This document shows, in pieces, positions 13,388-25,014 of a DNA stretch of 64,000 bases. Source of the stretch: Eledone cirrhosa. Taxonomy: Eukaryota. The stretch covers positions 26,722,001 to 26,786,000 of the forward strand of contig OZ024749.1 of the NCBI GenBank assembly GCA_964016885.1, in the 5' to 3' direction. Within the stretch, counting starts at the first letter, position 1, and each line of letters starts with the position of its first letter. The translations under genes and the position numbers were made by a program. The notes under the pieces were generated by a model. That model was not told the origin of the DNA, did no database searches, and saw only the letters and a list, made by a program, of their open reading frames with translations.

Positions 13388-13544
13388 CACATATGTATAC
13401 ATATGCACATGTACCGAGCTTTTCACTAGACACTTTACAGTGAGTGTCCAGCTAGTCTGTATGTAAACAGACGAACCGGGTTTTAGAGTCATACGAGTTT
13501 TCAAGGAAACACATTTCCTCTATTCTCCAGAGAGCCAGACAGGA

Positions 13545-13587
13545 ATATTGGACTAGTTTCGATGTTATTACATCTCATCAGCAATAT
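13545..13587 (-). ncRNA. Hammerhead ribozyme, array copy 2
   Basis: Identical motif to copy 1. Confidence 0.88.
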
Positions 13588-13890
13588 ATACCTATCTTTC
13601 CGGCTTCTCTGGAGAATTGTAAAAGCACATATCGTTATATGCTTTTTCTATGAAAATCATAGATGTACACTTTAACTTAATTGTTTAAGCGTCAGTCATA
13701 CAAAAGTGAGTTAGAAGCGAAACGAAATTTAATTTCGTTTCGTTATTCGTTTTTATCGTTTCCGCTGAACCGGTGCGTACAATGACTCACGTTCTATGCA
13801 AATTAGTCTGCCCACTACTGATTTTCATAGAAAAAGCATATAACGATATGTGCTTTTACAATTCTCCAGAGAAGCCGGAAAGATAGGTAT

Positions 13891-13933
13891 ATATTGCTGA
13901 TGAGATGTAATAACATCGAAACTAGTCCAATAT
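13891..13933 (+). ncRNA. Hammerhead ribozyme, array copy 3
   Basis: atattg-CTGATGA-gatgt-aata-acatc-GAAAC-TA-GTC-caatat. Confidence 0.88.
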
Positions 13934-14090
13934 TCCTGTCTGGCTCTCTGGAGAATAGAGGAAATGTGTTTCCTTGAAAACTCGTATGACTCTAAAACCC
14001 GGTTCGTCTGTTTACATACAGACTAGCTGGACACTCACTGTAAAGTGTCTAGTGAAAAGCTCGGTACATGTGCATATGTATACATATGTG

Positions 14091-14160
<70 letters not shown>

Positions 14161-14417
14161 CATACTGATACTTCCGTATACATATATAGATGTACACTTT
14201 AACTTAATTGTTTAAGCGTCAGTCATACAAAAGTGAGTTAGAAGCGAAACGAAATTTAATTTCGTTTCGTTATTCGTTTTTATCGTTTCCGCTGAACCGG
14301 TGCGTACAATGACTCACGTTCTATGCAAATTAGTCTGCCCACTACTGATTTTCATAGAAAAAGCATATAACGATATGTGCTTTTACAATTCTCCAGAGAA
14401 GCCGGAAAGATAGGTAT

Positions 14418-14460
14418 ATATTGCTGATGAGATGTAATAACATCGAAACTAGTCCAATAT
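14418..14460 (+). ncRNA. Hammerhead ribozyme, array copy 4
   Basis: Identical motif. Confidence 0.88.
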
Positions 14461-14617
14461 TCCTGTCTGGCTCTCTGGAGAATAGAGGAAATGTGTTTCC
14501 TTGAAAACTCGTATGACTCTAAAACCCGGTTCGTCTGTTTACATACAGACTAGCTGGACACTCACTGTAAAGTGTCTAGTGAAAAGCTCGGTACATGTGC
14601 ATATGTATACATATGTG

Positions 14618-14695
<78 letters not shown>

Positions 14696-14952
14696 CATAC
14701 TGATACTTCCGTATACATATATAGATGTACACTTTAACTTAATTGTTTAAGCGTCAGTCATACAAAAGTGAGTTAGAAGCGAAACGAAATTTAATTTCGT
14801 TTCGTTATTCGTTTTTATCGTTTCCGCTGAACCGGTGCGTACAATGACTCACGTTCTATGCAAATTAGTCTGCCCACTACTGATTTTCATAGAAAAAGCA
14901 TATAACGATATGTGCTTTTACAATTCTCCAGAGAAGCCGGAAAGATAGGTAT

Positions 14953-14995
14953 ATATTGCTGATGAGATGTAATAACATCGAAACTAGTCCAATAT
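14953..14995 (+). ncRNA. Hammerhead ribozyme, array copy 5
   Basis: Identical motif. Confidence 0.88.
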
Positions 14996-15152
14996 TCCTG
15001 TATGGCTCTCTGGAGAATAGAGGAAATGTGTTTCCTTGAAAACTCGTATGACTCTAAAACCCGGTTCGTCTGTTTACATACAGACTAGCTGGACACTCAC
15101 TGTAAAGTGTCTAGTGAAAAGCTCGGTACATGTGCATATGTATACATATGTG

Positions 15153-15232
<80 letters not shown>

Positions 15233-15489
15233 CATACTGATACTTCCGTATACATATATAGATGTACACTTTAACTTAATTGTTTAAGCGTCAGTCATAC
15301 AAAAGTGAGTTAGAAGCGAAACGAAATTTAATTTCGTTTCGTTATTCGTTTTTATCGTTTCCGCTGAACCGGTGCGTACAATGACTCACGTTCTATGCAA
15401 ATTAGTCTGCCCACTACTGATTTTCATAGAAAAAGCATATAACGATATGTGCTTTTACAATTCTCCAGAGAAGCCGGAAAGATAGGTAT

Positions 15490-15532
15490 ATATTGCTGAT
15501 GAGATGTAATAACATCGAAACTAGTCCAATAT
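15490..15532 (+). ncRNA. Hammerhead ribozyme, array copy 6
   Basis: Identical motif. Confidence 0.88.
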
Positions 15533-15689
15533 TCCTGTATGGCTCTCTGGAGAATAGAGGAAATGTGTTTCCTTGAAAACTCGTATGACTCTAAAACCCG
15601 GTTCGTCTGTTTACATACAGACTAGCTGGACACTCACTGTAAAGTGTCTAGTGAAAAGCTCGGTACATGTGCATATGTATACATATGTG

Positions 15690-15735
<46 letters not shown>

Positions 15736-15784
15736 CATACTGATACTTCCGTATACATATATAGATGTACACTTTAACTTAATT

Positions 15785-15836
<52 letters not shown>

Positions 15837-16084
15837 AATTAAGTTAAAGTGTACATCTATATATGTATACGGAAGTATCAGTATGCATACATATTTATAT
15901 GTATATATATATATATATATATAAATACACATATGTATACATATGCACATGTACCGAGCTTTTCACTAGACACTTTACAGTGAGTGTCCAGCTAGTCTGT
16001 ATGTAAACAGACGAACCGGGTTTTAGAGTCATACGAGTTTTCAAGGAAACACATTTCCTCTATTCTCCAGAGAGCCAGACAGGA

Positions 16085-16127
16085 ATATTGGACTAGTTTC
16101 GATGTTATTACATCTCATCAGCAATAT
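16085..16127 (-). ncRNA. Hammerhead ribozyme, array copy 7
   Basis: Identical motif on the minus strand. Confidence 0.88.
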
Positions 16128-16430
16128 ATACCTATCTTTCCGGCTTCTCTGGAGAATTGTAAAAGCACATATCGTTATATGCTTTTTCTATGAAAATCAG
16201 TAGTGGGCAGACTAATTTGCATAGAACGTGAGTCATTGTACGCACCGGTTCAGCGGAAACGATAAAAACGAATAACGAAACGAAATTAAATTTCGTTTCG
16301 CTTCTAACTCACTTTTGTATGACTGACGCTTAAACAATTAAGTTAAAGTGTACATCTATGATTTTCATAGAAAAAGCATATAACGATATGTGCTTTTACA
16401 ATTCTCCAGAGAAGCCGGAAAGATAGGTAT

Positions 16431-16473
16431 ATATTGCTGATGAGATGTAATAACATCGAAACTAGTCCAATAT
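16431..16473 (+). ncRNA. Hammerhead ribozyme, array copy 8
   Basis: Identical motif. Confidence 0.88.
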
Positions 16474-16634
16474 TCCTGTCTGGCTCTCTGGAGAATAGAG
16501 GAAATGTGTTTCCTTGAAAACTCGTATGACTCTAAAACCCGGTTCGTCTGTTTACATACAGACTAGCTGGACACTCACTGTAAAGTGTCTAGTGAAAAGC
16601 TCGGTACATGTGCATATGTATACATATGTGTATT

Positions 16635-16716
<82 letters not shown>

Positions 16717-16973
16717 CATACTGATACTTCCGTATACATATATAGATGTACACTTTAACTTAATTGTTTAAGCGTCAGTCATACAAAAGTGAGTTAGAAG
16801 CGAAACGAAATTTAATTTCGTTTCGTTATTCGTTTTTATCGTTTCCGCTGAGCCGGTGCGTACAATGACTCACGTTCTATGCAAATTAGTCTGCCCACTA
16901 CTGATTTTCATAGAAAAAGCATATAACGATATGTGCTTTTACAATTCTCCAGAGAAGCCGGAAAGATAGGTAT

Positions 16974-17016
16974 ATATTGCTGATGAGATGTAATAACATC
17001 GAAACTAGTCCAATAT
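16974..17016 (+). ncRNA. Hammerhead ribozyme, array copy 9
   Basis: Identical motif. Confidence 0.88.
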
Positions 17017-17173
17017 TCCTGTCTGGCTCTCTGGAGAATAGAGGAAATGTGTTTCCTTGAAAACTCGTATGACTCTAAAACCCGGTTCGTCTGTTTACAT
17101 ACAGACTAGCTGGACACTCACTGTAAAGTGTCTAGTGAAAAGCTCGGTACATGTGCATATGTATACATATGTG

Positions 17174-17255
<82 letters not shown>

Positions 17256-17512
17256 CATACTGATACTTCCGTATACATATATAGATGTACACTTTAACTT
17301 AATTGTTTAAGCGTCAGTCATACAAAAGTGAGTTAGAAGCGAAACGAAATTTAATTTCGTTTCGTTATTCGTTTTTATCGTTTCCGCTGAACCGGTGCGT
17401 ACAATGACTCACGTTCTATGCAAATTAGTCTGCCCACTACAGATTTTCATAGAAAAAGCATATAACGATATGTGCTTTTACAATTCTCCAGAGAAGCCGG
17501 AAAGATAGGTAT

Positions 17513-17555
17513 ATATTGATGATGAGATGTAATAACATCGAAACTAGTCCAATAT
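17513..17555 (+). ncRNA. Hammerhead ribozyme, array copy 10, core mutated (C3A)
   Basis: atattg-ATGATGA-gatgt...; otherwise identical to the other copies. Confidence 0.75.
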
Positions 17556-17712
17556 TCCTGTATGGCTCTCTGGCGAATAGAGGAAATGTGTTTCCTTGAA
17601 AACTCGTATGACTCTAAAACCCGGTTCGTCTGTTTACATACAGACTAGCTGGACACTCACTGTAAAGTGTCTAGTGAAAAGCTCGGTACATGTGCATATG
17701 TATACATATGTG

Positions 17713-17752
<40 letters not shown>

Positions 17753-17801
17753 CATACTGATACTTCCGTATACATATATAGATGTACACTTTAACTTAAT
17801 T

Positions 17802-17877
<76 letters not shown>

Positions 17878-18479
17878 AATGTATTTTTGTTAATCGCTTG
17901 TTAAATGCAAGGACCCCATTCAATCATTACCTTCTAGCTAGCGTATTTTCAAACCTTAATTCCTAACGTATTTTCAAACCTCAATCCCTAATTCTAGCGT
18001 ATCTTCAAAACAAAAAAAAACAAAATCCTTTCCTTCTTCCTTCTTCGAAGGCATGGGGTGGTCAAACGCCTAACACACACAACCATCATGCGCCCCCCCC
18101 CCCCTATCTCTATATATATATATATATGATAGGAATTCACTTCGCCAAATTTCATTGCTTGCTGTCTCGACTCCACGATATTCATGTAACGTAATGTACA
18201 GATTTCATTTCTCTCCCTCCACAAATCCTAATTCTAGCGTATTTTAATTCTAATTCTAGCAAATCCTAATTCTAGCGTATTTTAATTCTAATTCTAGCGT
18301 ATTCCATATTTCGTATCGTCCAAATAGCCAATCTATCGCTAAAACAAACTACATTTTCTGTTTCTATTAATTGTTAAATACGAAAGTTTTTGGTCGTATT
18401 CAACAGAACAAATTTTGTATTTTTGTTAATCGCTTGTTAAATGCAAGGACCCCATTCAATCATTACCTTCTAGCTAGCT

Positions 18480-21400
18480 ACCCAACACCCCTCCCCCCTA
18501 CCCCCACCCCCACGCACCACCATTGCTATTACGTGGACCAATCATAAAACAGAGCCCCCACGCATCACCAGTATTATTACGCGGACCAATCAGAAGCCAG
18601 AGGCCTATACTATCGCTTGCCTGGTTGCCTTTCAATATGATGGATGGATGGACTGCGGAATCCTGGAGAGTGGAGGAGAGAGAGAGAAAAATCTGGACGC
18701 TCAGCGACAATGCCAAAGATAAAGACAAATTCACCTCTTGGACGAGAATGCGAGCACTCCTCATTGTTTCGACCGCGGACGGCTAACATAACCCCATCGC
18801 CCCCCGCCCCCCACCGCCCCCAACCCCCAAACGCAATCCAAAACTTCAGAGTTGGTACCATAAATGTAGGCACCCTAAAGGGTCGCGCTAACGAGGTTGT
18901 AGAAATGCTTGAACGTAAGGAGGTCGATGTTTGTTGTATTCAAGAGACCAGGTGGAGGGGTGGGTCTGCTAGGTTCATTGAGGGTAAAAAACGATGTTAT
19001 AAGCTTTTCTGGGTGGGAAACGACGATGGGCTGGGTGGAGTAGGAATCATGGTAGCAGAAAAGTGGGCAGATAAGATAATAGACGTAAATAGAGTGAACG
19101 ACAGAATAATTAAAATACGACTTGTCCTCAATAGAACTACGGTGACAGTAATATCTGCGTACGCACCCCAATCCGGACTGCCCGGCACTATAAAAGACAG
19201 ATTCTATGAGACACTGATGCTAACTACCTCCCAAATATCCGACAGTGACTATATAATTATCGCAGGCGACCTAAATGGTCACGTTGGACAACATTGTGAC
19301 GGCTACGACGAAATCCATGGAGGCTATGGGTTTGGTACTAGAAATGAGGAAGGCTCCAGAATCCTGGAATTCTGTGATGCAAATAACCTAACTATCTGTA
19401 ACACTAACTTCAAAAAACGTGACAATCACCTGATCACCTATAGATCCGGGGAACACACAAGCCAGGTAGATTATATCCTTACCAGAAGACGTGACAGAGT
19501 GTCTGTTGTAAACACTAAATCCCTCCCCCATGAAGAATGCACCTCCCAACATAGACTGATAATTAGCGACCTCATAGTCAGGACGAGACGTACTCGACAG
19601 CAGAAGAGGACTATCCTCAGGAGAAAAATATGGAAGCTAAAGGACCCCACAGCCAGGAATAAATTTCAAAGCATATTACTTGATGCTTTCGACAGTAAGG
19701 AAGAACATTTAGAGTCGGACAATATAGAGGGAGAGTGGGAATTTCTGAAAGCAAACCTGCTGTTGGCGACAGACGAAGTCTGTGGCTGGAGCAGGCCTGT
19801 AGGCAGGAGGAGAGTAACATGGTGGTGGAACAGTAAGGTGGAGGGGTCAATTAAGGCCAAAAAGCAGGCTTGGAAAGTATGGCGGGATGGGGGAAGTAGA
19901 GAGGACTATCAAGTGGCCAGGAGGGAAGCTAGGAGACAAGTGTACTTAGCAAGAAGGGAAGCTGAGGAAAGAAAGTTCAAGCATGTTCTACAACGCGATG
20001 ACCAAAAACGTGAGGTGTTCAGGATTGCTAGGCAATGCGTCAAGGAAAACCGTGATATTGTCGGGGAGAAGTGTGTACTAAACGACGATGGCACACTTGC
20101 CATCACCGACGCTGATAAGAAGGTAGCTTGGAAGTGTCACTATGAAAGGCTACAAAATGAGGAGAATAAATGGGAGAAAGACAGTCTCCCCCATATCGAC
20201 CCAATAGAGGGACCAGCAGTGTTAGTCGAGGGGAGTATAATAAGTAAGGCAATCAAGGATATGAAGACGGGTAAGGCGGCTGGGCCTTCGGAAATAGTTG
20301 CTGAGATGCTGAAGGCATCTGGCACGGTGGGACACACCATGGTCACCCGCATAGTTAACCAAGTCGTACAGAATGGGGTTGTTCCGAAGGACTGGCATAG
20401 CAGCATCATCGTTAACTGTTATAAGGGTAAAGGAGACGCCCTCGATAGGAGTAACTATAGAGGCATTAAATTAATCGACCAGGTCATGAAGGTCACGGAA
20501 AAAGTAATAGCGCAACTAATCAGAGAGAGAATTGACCTAGATGAAATGCAGTTCGGGTTTGTGTCAGGCAAAAGTACCACAGACGCTCTTTTCATAGTAC
20601 GACAACTACAGGAGAAGTACCTAGCTACAGGTAAGCCCCTCTACTTAGCTTTTGTCGACTTGGAGAAAGCCTTCGACAGAGTCCCCCGCTCCATTATCTG
20701 GTGGGCTCTTAGAAAACTAGGCGTTGACGAATGGCTTGTGAGGGCTATACAAGCCATGTATAAAGAAACAGTCAGCAAGGTTAGAATTAACAACGAATAT
20801 AGTGAAGAGTTTAGCGTAAAAGTTGGCATCCATCAGGGCTCTGTTCTCAGCCCACTACTATTTATTATTGCCCTTCAGGCTATAACAGAGGAGTTCAAGA
20901 CAGGCTGCCCATGGGAACTCCTATACGCAGACGACCTGACACTCATAGCGGAATCAATGGCCGAGCTAGAGAAGAAATTCCAAACATGGAAGCACGTCCT
21001 AGAGTCAAAAGGACTTAAAATTAACCTGGCTAAGACCAAAGTACTAGTTTGTAGGAAAGAAAACAAGGCGGCGGTCCCTTCTGGGAAATGGTCGTGCTCG
21101 GTGTGTAGGAAAGGCGTAGGTAGAAACTCCATTTTATGTCCTAAATGCAAAGTATGGGTGCATAAAAGATGTAGTGGGATCACAGGTAAGCTAACTAAGA
21201 ACATAGATTTTACATGTGGCCGGTGCTCTGGTGCAATAAGTAGCAGCAAGTGCCCACAAAATACTAGCTCTTTCAATTGCGCAGAGGGTTCTATAGAAAT
21301 AGTGGACAGCTTCCGTTACCTGGGCGATAAAATCAGCAGTGGGGGAGGGTGCTCTGAAAGTACTGTAGCTAGAGTCAGAACTGGTTGGAAAAAGTTCAGA

Positions 21401-22275
21401 GAGCTTATACCACTATTAGCTGCTAAAGGGTTCTCACTAAAAATGAAAGGCAGGTTGTACGATGCCTGCATACGAACAGCAATGCTGCATGGCAGTGAGA
21501 CCTGGGCATTGTGTGCAGAGGATATACGCAGACTAGAGAGGAACGAAGCTTGCATGCTCCGCTGGATGTGTAACAGTAATATACGTGAACGGCAAAGCAT
21601 AAACGAACTAAGGAAAAAATTAGAGATAAGAGGGATCAGATGTTGTTTACTCGAGAGAAGGCTACGTTGGTATGGACACGTGATGCGCATGAAAGTCGAC
21701 AGCTGTATAACAAAGTGCAGGGCAATAAAGATAGACGGTAGTCACGGAATAGGCAGACCTAGAAAAACCTGGGACGAGCTGATAAACTCCGACATCACAC
21801 ACTTACACCTCTCCAAGACAATGTCACTGGACCGAGACCTTTGGCGGTACTCAGTAACAGAGAAGACCCGCCTTACCTAAATATATAGTAAAACCTACTC
21901 CAGCCAGTAGGCATCTCTAACAAAATACACCCCGTCCCACCACCACCACCCCCTCCCCATCCACACCACCCCGTTCTATGTAAAGTTATGTTGGTGCCGC
22001 GCCATCGAGGCCGAAACAAATGAGATCGTGTAGGTGTCACGACAAAAAAACACACAGTCCACGCTGTAATGTGGCCGTGTAGGCAACACGGTAAAAACCT
22101 CCCAGACCCACACTGTAAATGTGGTTGGTGTTAGGAAGGGCATCCAACTGTAGAAAACCTGCCAGACAGTCCTATGCGAGCAAGACAATCACTCTTGCCT
22201 CAAGTGGGACTACCCCCGTCCAAACCCATGCAAGCGTGGAACACGGACGTTAAACGTTGATGATGATGATGATGA
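18480..22275 (+). mobile_element. Apparently full-length RTE LINE
   Basis: Single ORF, ~380-bp 3' UTR containing ggttggtgttaggaagggcatcca, and a (GAT)n tail at 22258-22275. The 5' boundary is approximate. Confidence 0.88.
18644..21880 (+). CDS. RTE-clade LINE ORF: APE endonuclease + reverse transcriptase + PHD-like finger
   Basis: Uninterrupted 1078 codons. APE motifs GTINVGTL, CIQETRW, AGDLNGHVG, SQVDYIL, SQHRL. RT motifs NYRGIKL, FVDLEKAFDRV, GIHQGSVLSPLLF, YADD. RTE C-terminus GSETW, RRLRWYGHV, GRPRKTW. The start may be the ATG at 18710. Confidence 0.96.
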   Translation: MDGLRNPGEWRREREKSGRSATMPKIKTNSPLGRECEHSSLFRPRTANITPSPPAPHRPQPPNAIQNFRVGTINVGTLKGRANEVVEMLERKEVDVCCIQETRWRGGSARFIEGKKRCYKLFWVGNDDGLGGVGIMVAEKWADKIIDVNRVNDRIIKIRLVLNRTTVTVISAYAPQSGLPGTIKDRFYETLMLTTSQISDSDYIIIAGDLNGHVGQHCDGYDEIHGGYGFGTRNEEGSRILEFCDANNLTICNTNFKKRDNHLITYRSGEHTSQVDYILTRRRDRVSVVNTKSLPHEECTSQHRLIISDLIVRTRRTRQQKRTILRRKIWKLKDPTARNKFQSILLDAFDSKEEHLESDNIEGEWEFLKANLLLATDEVCGWSRPVGRRRVTWWWNSKVEGSIKAKKQAWKVWRDGGSREDYQVARREARRQVYLARREAEERKFKHVLQRDDQKREVFRIARQCVKENRDIVGEKCVLNDDGTLAITDADKKVAWKCHYERLQNEENKWEKDSLPHIDPIEGPAVLVEGSIISKAIKDMKTGKAAGPSEIVAEMLKASGTVGHTMVTRIVNQVVQNGVVPKDWHSSIIVNCYKGKGDALDRSNYRGIKLIDQVMKVTEKVIAQLIRERIDLDEMQFGFVSGKSTTDALFIVRQLQEKYLATGKPLYLAFVDLEKAFDRVPRSIIWWALRKLGVDEWLVRAIQAMYKETVSKVRINNEYSEEFSVKVGIHQGSVLSPLLFIIALQAITEEFKTGCPWELLYADDLTLIAESMAELEKKFQTWKHVLESKGLKINLAKTKVLVCRKENKAAVPSGKWSCSVCRKGVGRNSILCPKCKVWVHKRCSGITGKLTKNIDFTCGRCSGAISSSKCPQNTSSFNCAEGSIEIVDSFRYLGDKISSGGGCSESTVARVRTGWKKFRELIPLLAAKGFSLKMKGRLYDACIRTAMLHGSETWALCAEDIRRLERNEACMLRWMCNSNIRERQSINELRKKLEIRGIRCCLLERRLRWYGHVMRMKVDSCITKCRAIKIDGSHGIGRPRKTWDELINSDITHLHLSKTMSLDRDLWRYSVTEKTRLT

Positions 22276-22282
22276 TATATAT

Positions 22283-22650
22283 ATGAAAAAGTTTGTCCTT
22301 CATCAGTGATCTTCCAACCATCATAGGCATTTCATCGCTTTAAAGACCATATACCTCCGGTTGGTGCGAGCAACGGCTAAAAAAAGTCGTTGGGACACGT
22401 AAATAAAGGGGACGCGAGGGTAAACAAACAAAATGGTGAAGCAACAGAAAGTGAGGAAGAAAGAGACAAGTCCCAGATTTCTATGAATTTAAATTCGGTG
22501 AAATCGTAAACGAGAGAATAAAGACCATCAAACCTGGTTGAAATGTGAGCAAGGAAGGAATTTCGCACAGGTCTAACGGGGGGAAGAAGGGGTCTGGTCT
22601 GCGAATTCGGTAAACATAAGTTCTGTGAAATCGTAGACGAGAGAGAAAAA
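22283..22650 (-). mobile_element. Family C repeat fragment (~610-640 bp unit)
   Basis: Reverse complement of 39170-39540. Confidence 0.85.
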
Positions 22651-22733
<83 letters not shown>

Positions 22734-23056
22734 TATATATATAAACAGACTAAATAGAGATGGCGTAGAAAATACAATGTAACGGGAGGAAACAATAGAA
22801 CTTTGATAAACTATATATATGTGTTTGTGTCTATATTGTATCTGTATTATTTTTGACCGTTGGTCAGTCAATGGCAACATTGAGGACCGAATAAATTAGA
22901 TTACCGATATAAAAGACACAGAAGCGAAAAGCGAAAACCAACCAAACAGTGAGTGTGTTCTGTTATTAATTCTGGCAATATTACACAAATATGACCCTCC
23001 CCAAGTATAACAATATTTGTTTCGACACACGATTTCATATCAAAAACCTCGCAAAA

Positions 23057-23125
<69 letters not shown>

Positions 23126-23130
<5 letters not shown>

Positions 23131-23977
23131 TGGAAATTTTTGGACTTGACTCGCTCTTCCTCACTTTTCGTTGCTTCACCATCTTTGTTTGTTTACACTC
23201 TCGCTGTTCCCTTTATTTACATGTCCCAACGACTTTCTTTAGCCGTTGCTCGCACCAACCGGGGGTATATGGTCTTTAAAGCGAAGAAATACCGATGGTG
23301 GTTGGAAGATCATTGATGAAGGACCACTTTATTCATATGTAACCCATTTGCAACTCCGCAGCACGTTTATTCTCATATTTACACATTTTTTTTCTCCCGC
23401 TATGACCCGTCTATTTCGTTCTTACTGCTTCCTCTTTCTCTGTATCTTTACCCTCTCTAACAGTCACTCTCTCTGTTAGCCTCTTCCTAACCCTTCACTC
23501 ACTCACTCTCTGTTACTACCTCTCCTCCTCCACTTCCTTCTTCCCGTTTGACCTGTGCGTAATTCTTTTCTTTCGCACGCTTGGCCAGGCCGGTCGGCAT
23601 TTTTTCTCTCTCTCGTCTACGATTTCACAGAACTTATGTTTACCGAATTCCCAGACTAGACCCCTTCTTCCTCCCGTTAGACCTGTGCGAAATTCCTTCC
23701 TTGCTCACATTTCAACCAGGTTTGATGGTCTTTATTCTCTGTCGTTCACGATTTCACCGAACTTATATTCATGGAAATTTTTTGACTTGACTCGCTCTTC
23801 CTCACTTTTCGTTGCTTCACCATCGTTGTTTGTTTACACTCTCGCTGTTCCCTTTATTTACATGTCCCAACGACTTTCTTTAGCCGTTGCTCGCACCAAC
23901 CGGAGGTATATGGTCTTTAAAGCGAAGAAATACCGATGATGGTTGGAAGATCACTGATGAAGGACCACTTTATTCAT
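23126..23977 (+). mobile_element. Family C repeat, partial tandem (~1.3 units)
   Basis: 23126-23337 is repeated at 23767-23977; period ~640 bp; flanked by (TA)n. Confidence 0.85.
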
Positions 23978-23994
23978 ATATATATATATATGTA

Positions 23995-24120
<126 letters not shown>

Positions 24121-24202
24121 TGTGTGTGTGTGTATATTTATATATATTATTCAATTAAGGAAATTAGCTAATCCGCCATGTAGAGCGAAATTTTCTTATT
24201 TG

Positions 24203-24294
<92 letters not shown>

Positions 24295-24329
24295 AAAAAG
24301 AAAGTTTCGCTCTACATGGCTGAATACGA

Positions 24330-24571
24330 TAAATGTAATCTGAGTTTTTCGAATATTAATAACATTCGATTCGTTTGCAATTATGCATACAAGCCTCAAT
24401 TTTATAGCCATGTCAGTAGAATGAACACTTCATTCTTGCTCTTATTTTCGCATGCCAACATAAGAGCAAGAATGAAGTGTCCATTCTACTGACATGGCTA
24501 TAAAATTGAGGCTTGTTTGCATAATTGCAAACGAATTGAATGTTATTATTAATATTCGAAAAACTCAGATT

Positions 24572-24578
<7 letters not shown>
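24330..24578. repeat. Long inverted repeat (~115-bp arms)
   Basis: aaatgtaatctgagtttttcg...ttgctcttat / ataagagcaa...cgaaaaactcagattacattt. Confidence 0.9.
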
Positions 24579-24605
<27 letters not shown>

Positions 24606-25014
24606 ACAGCAATGTGACTAGAATCAAAGTTGCAGCATCGCCTCACATCCCACCACGAAAAGACAATATTCGGAAGCTTTGCACGAACCACTCAATAGGA
24701 TGATATCAATAAATCGATAAATAGAATCTCATAAATAGAATTTCTAACGTATGTAATAAACATACGTTAAAGGTGTACAAGTTGAAAACTGTGGTTAAGC
24801 GGAGAAGGCCACAGAAGCCACCAGAACGACAAAAATACAAGCATATATATATATATGTGTGTTCTTTGAGAAGTCTATTTGTGTTTTACCCTTTCATTTA
24901 TACTCCGGGGATACTGGCCTTGTGCTTGGGTGAAACGATCGTTAGTAATTAAATGTTCTTAAACACTCTTTGATTGTTATTTATAAAGTGTATATATATA
25001 TATAGTTTAGGGGC

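Larger units (their letters stand above)
12636..17806. mobile_element. Array of ten ~527-551 bp hammerhead-containing units (retrozyme-like / non-autonomous Penelope-like), mixed orientation
   Basis: Units are near-identical and differ mainly in internal (TA)n length. Orientation order is - - + + + + (TA)n - + + +. Confidence 0.93.

Noticed and set aside
13974-17310. Recurrent [10 protein letters not shown]... and MSSEKLGTC... ORFs in the array
   Set aside because: TTG/GTG starts, they run into (TA)n, and the frame changes with TA length between copies.
24901-24947. Hammerhead-shaped motif tact-CCGGGGA...GAAAC-GATC-GTT-agta
   Set aside because: Two core substitutions and a poor stem II; counted only as a relic.
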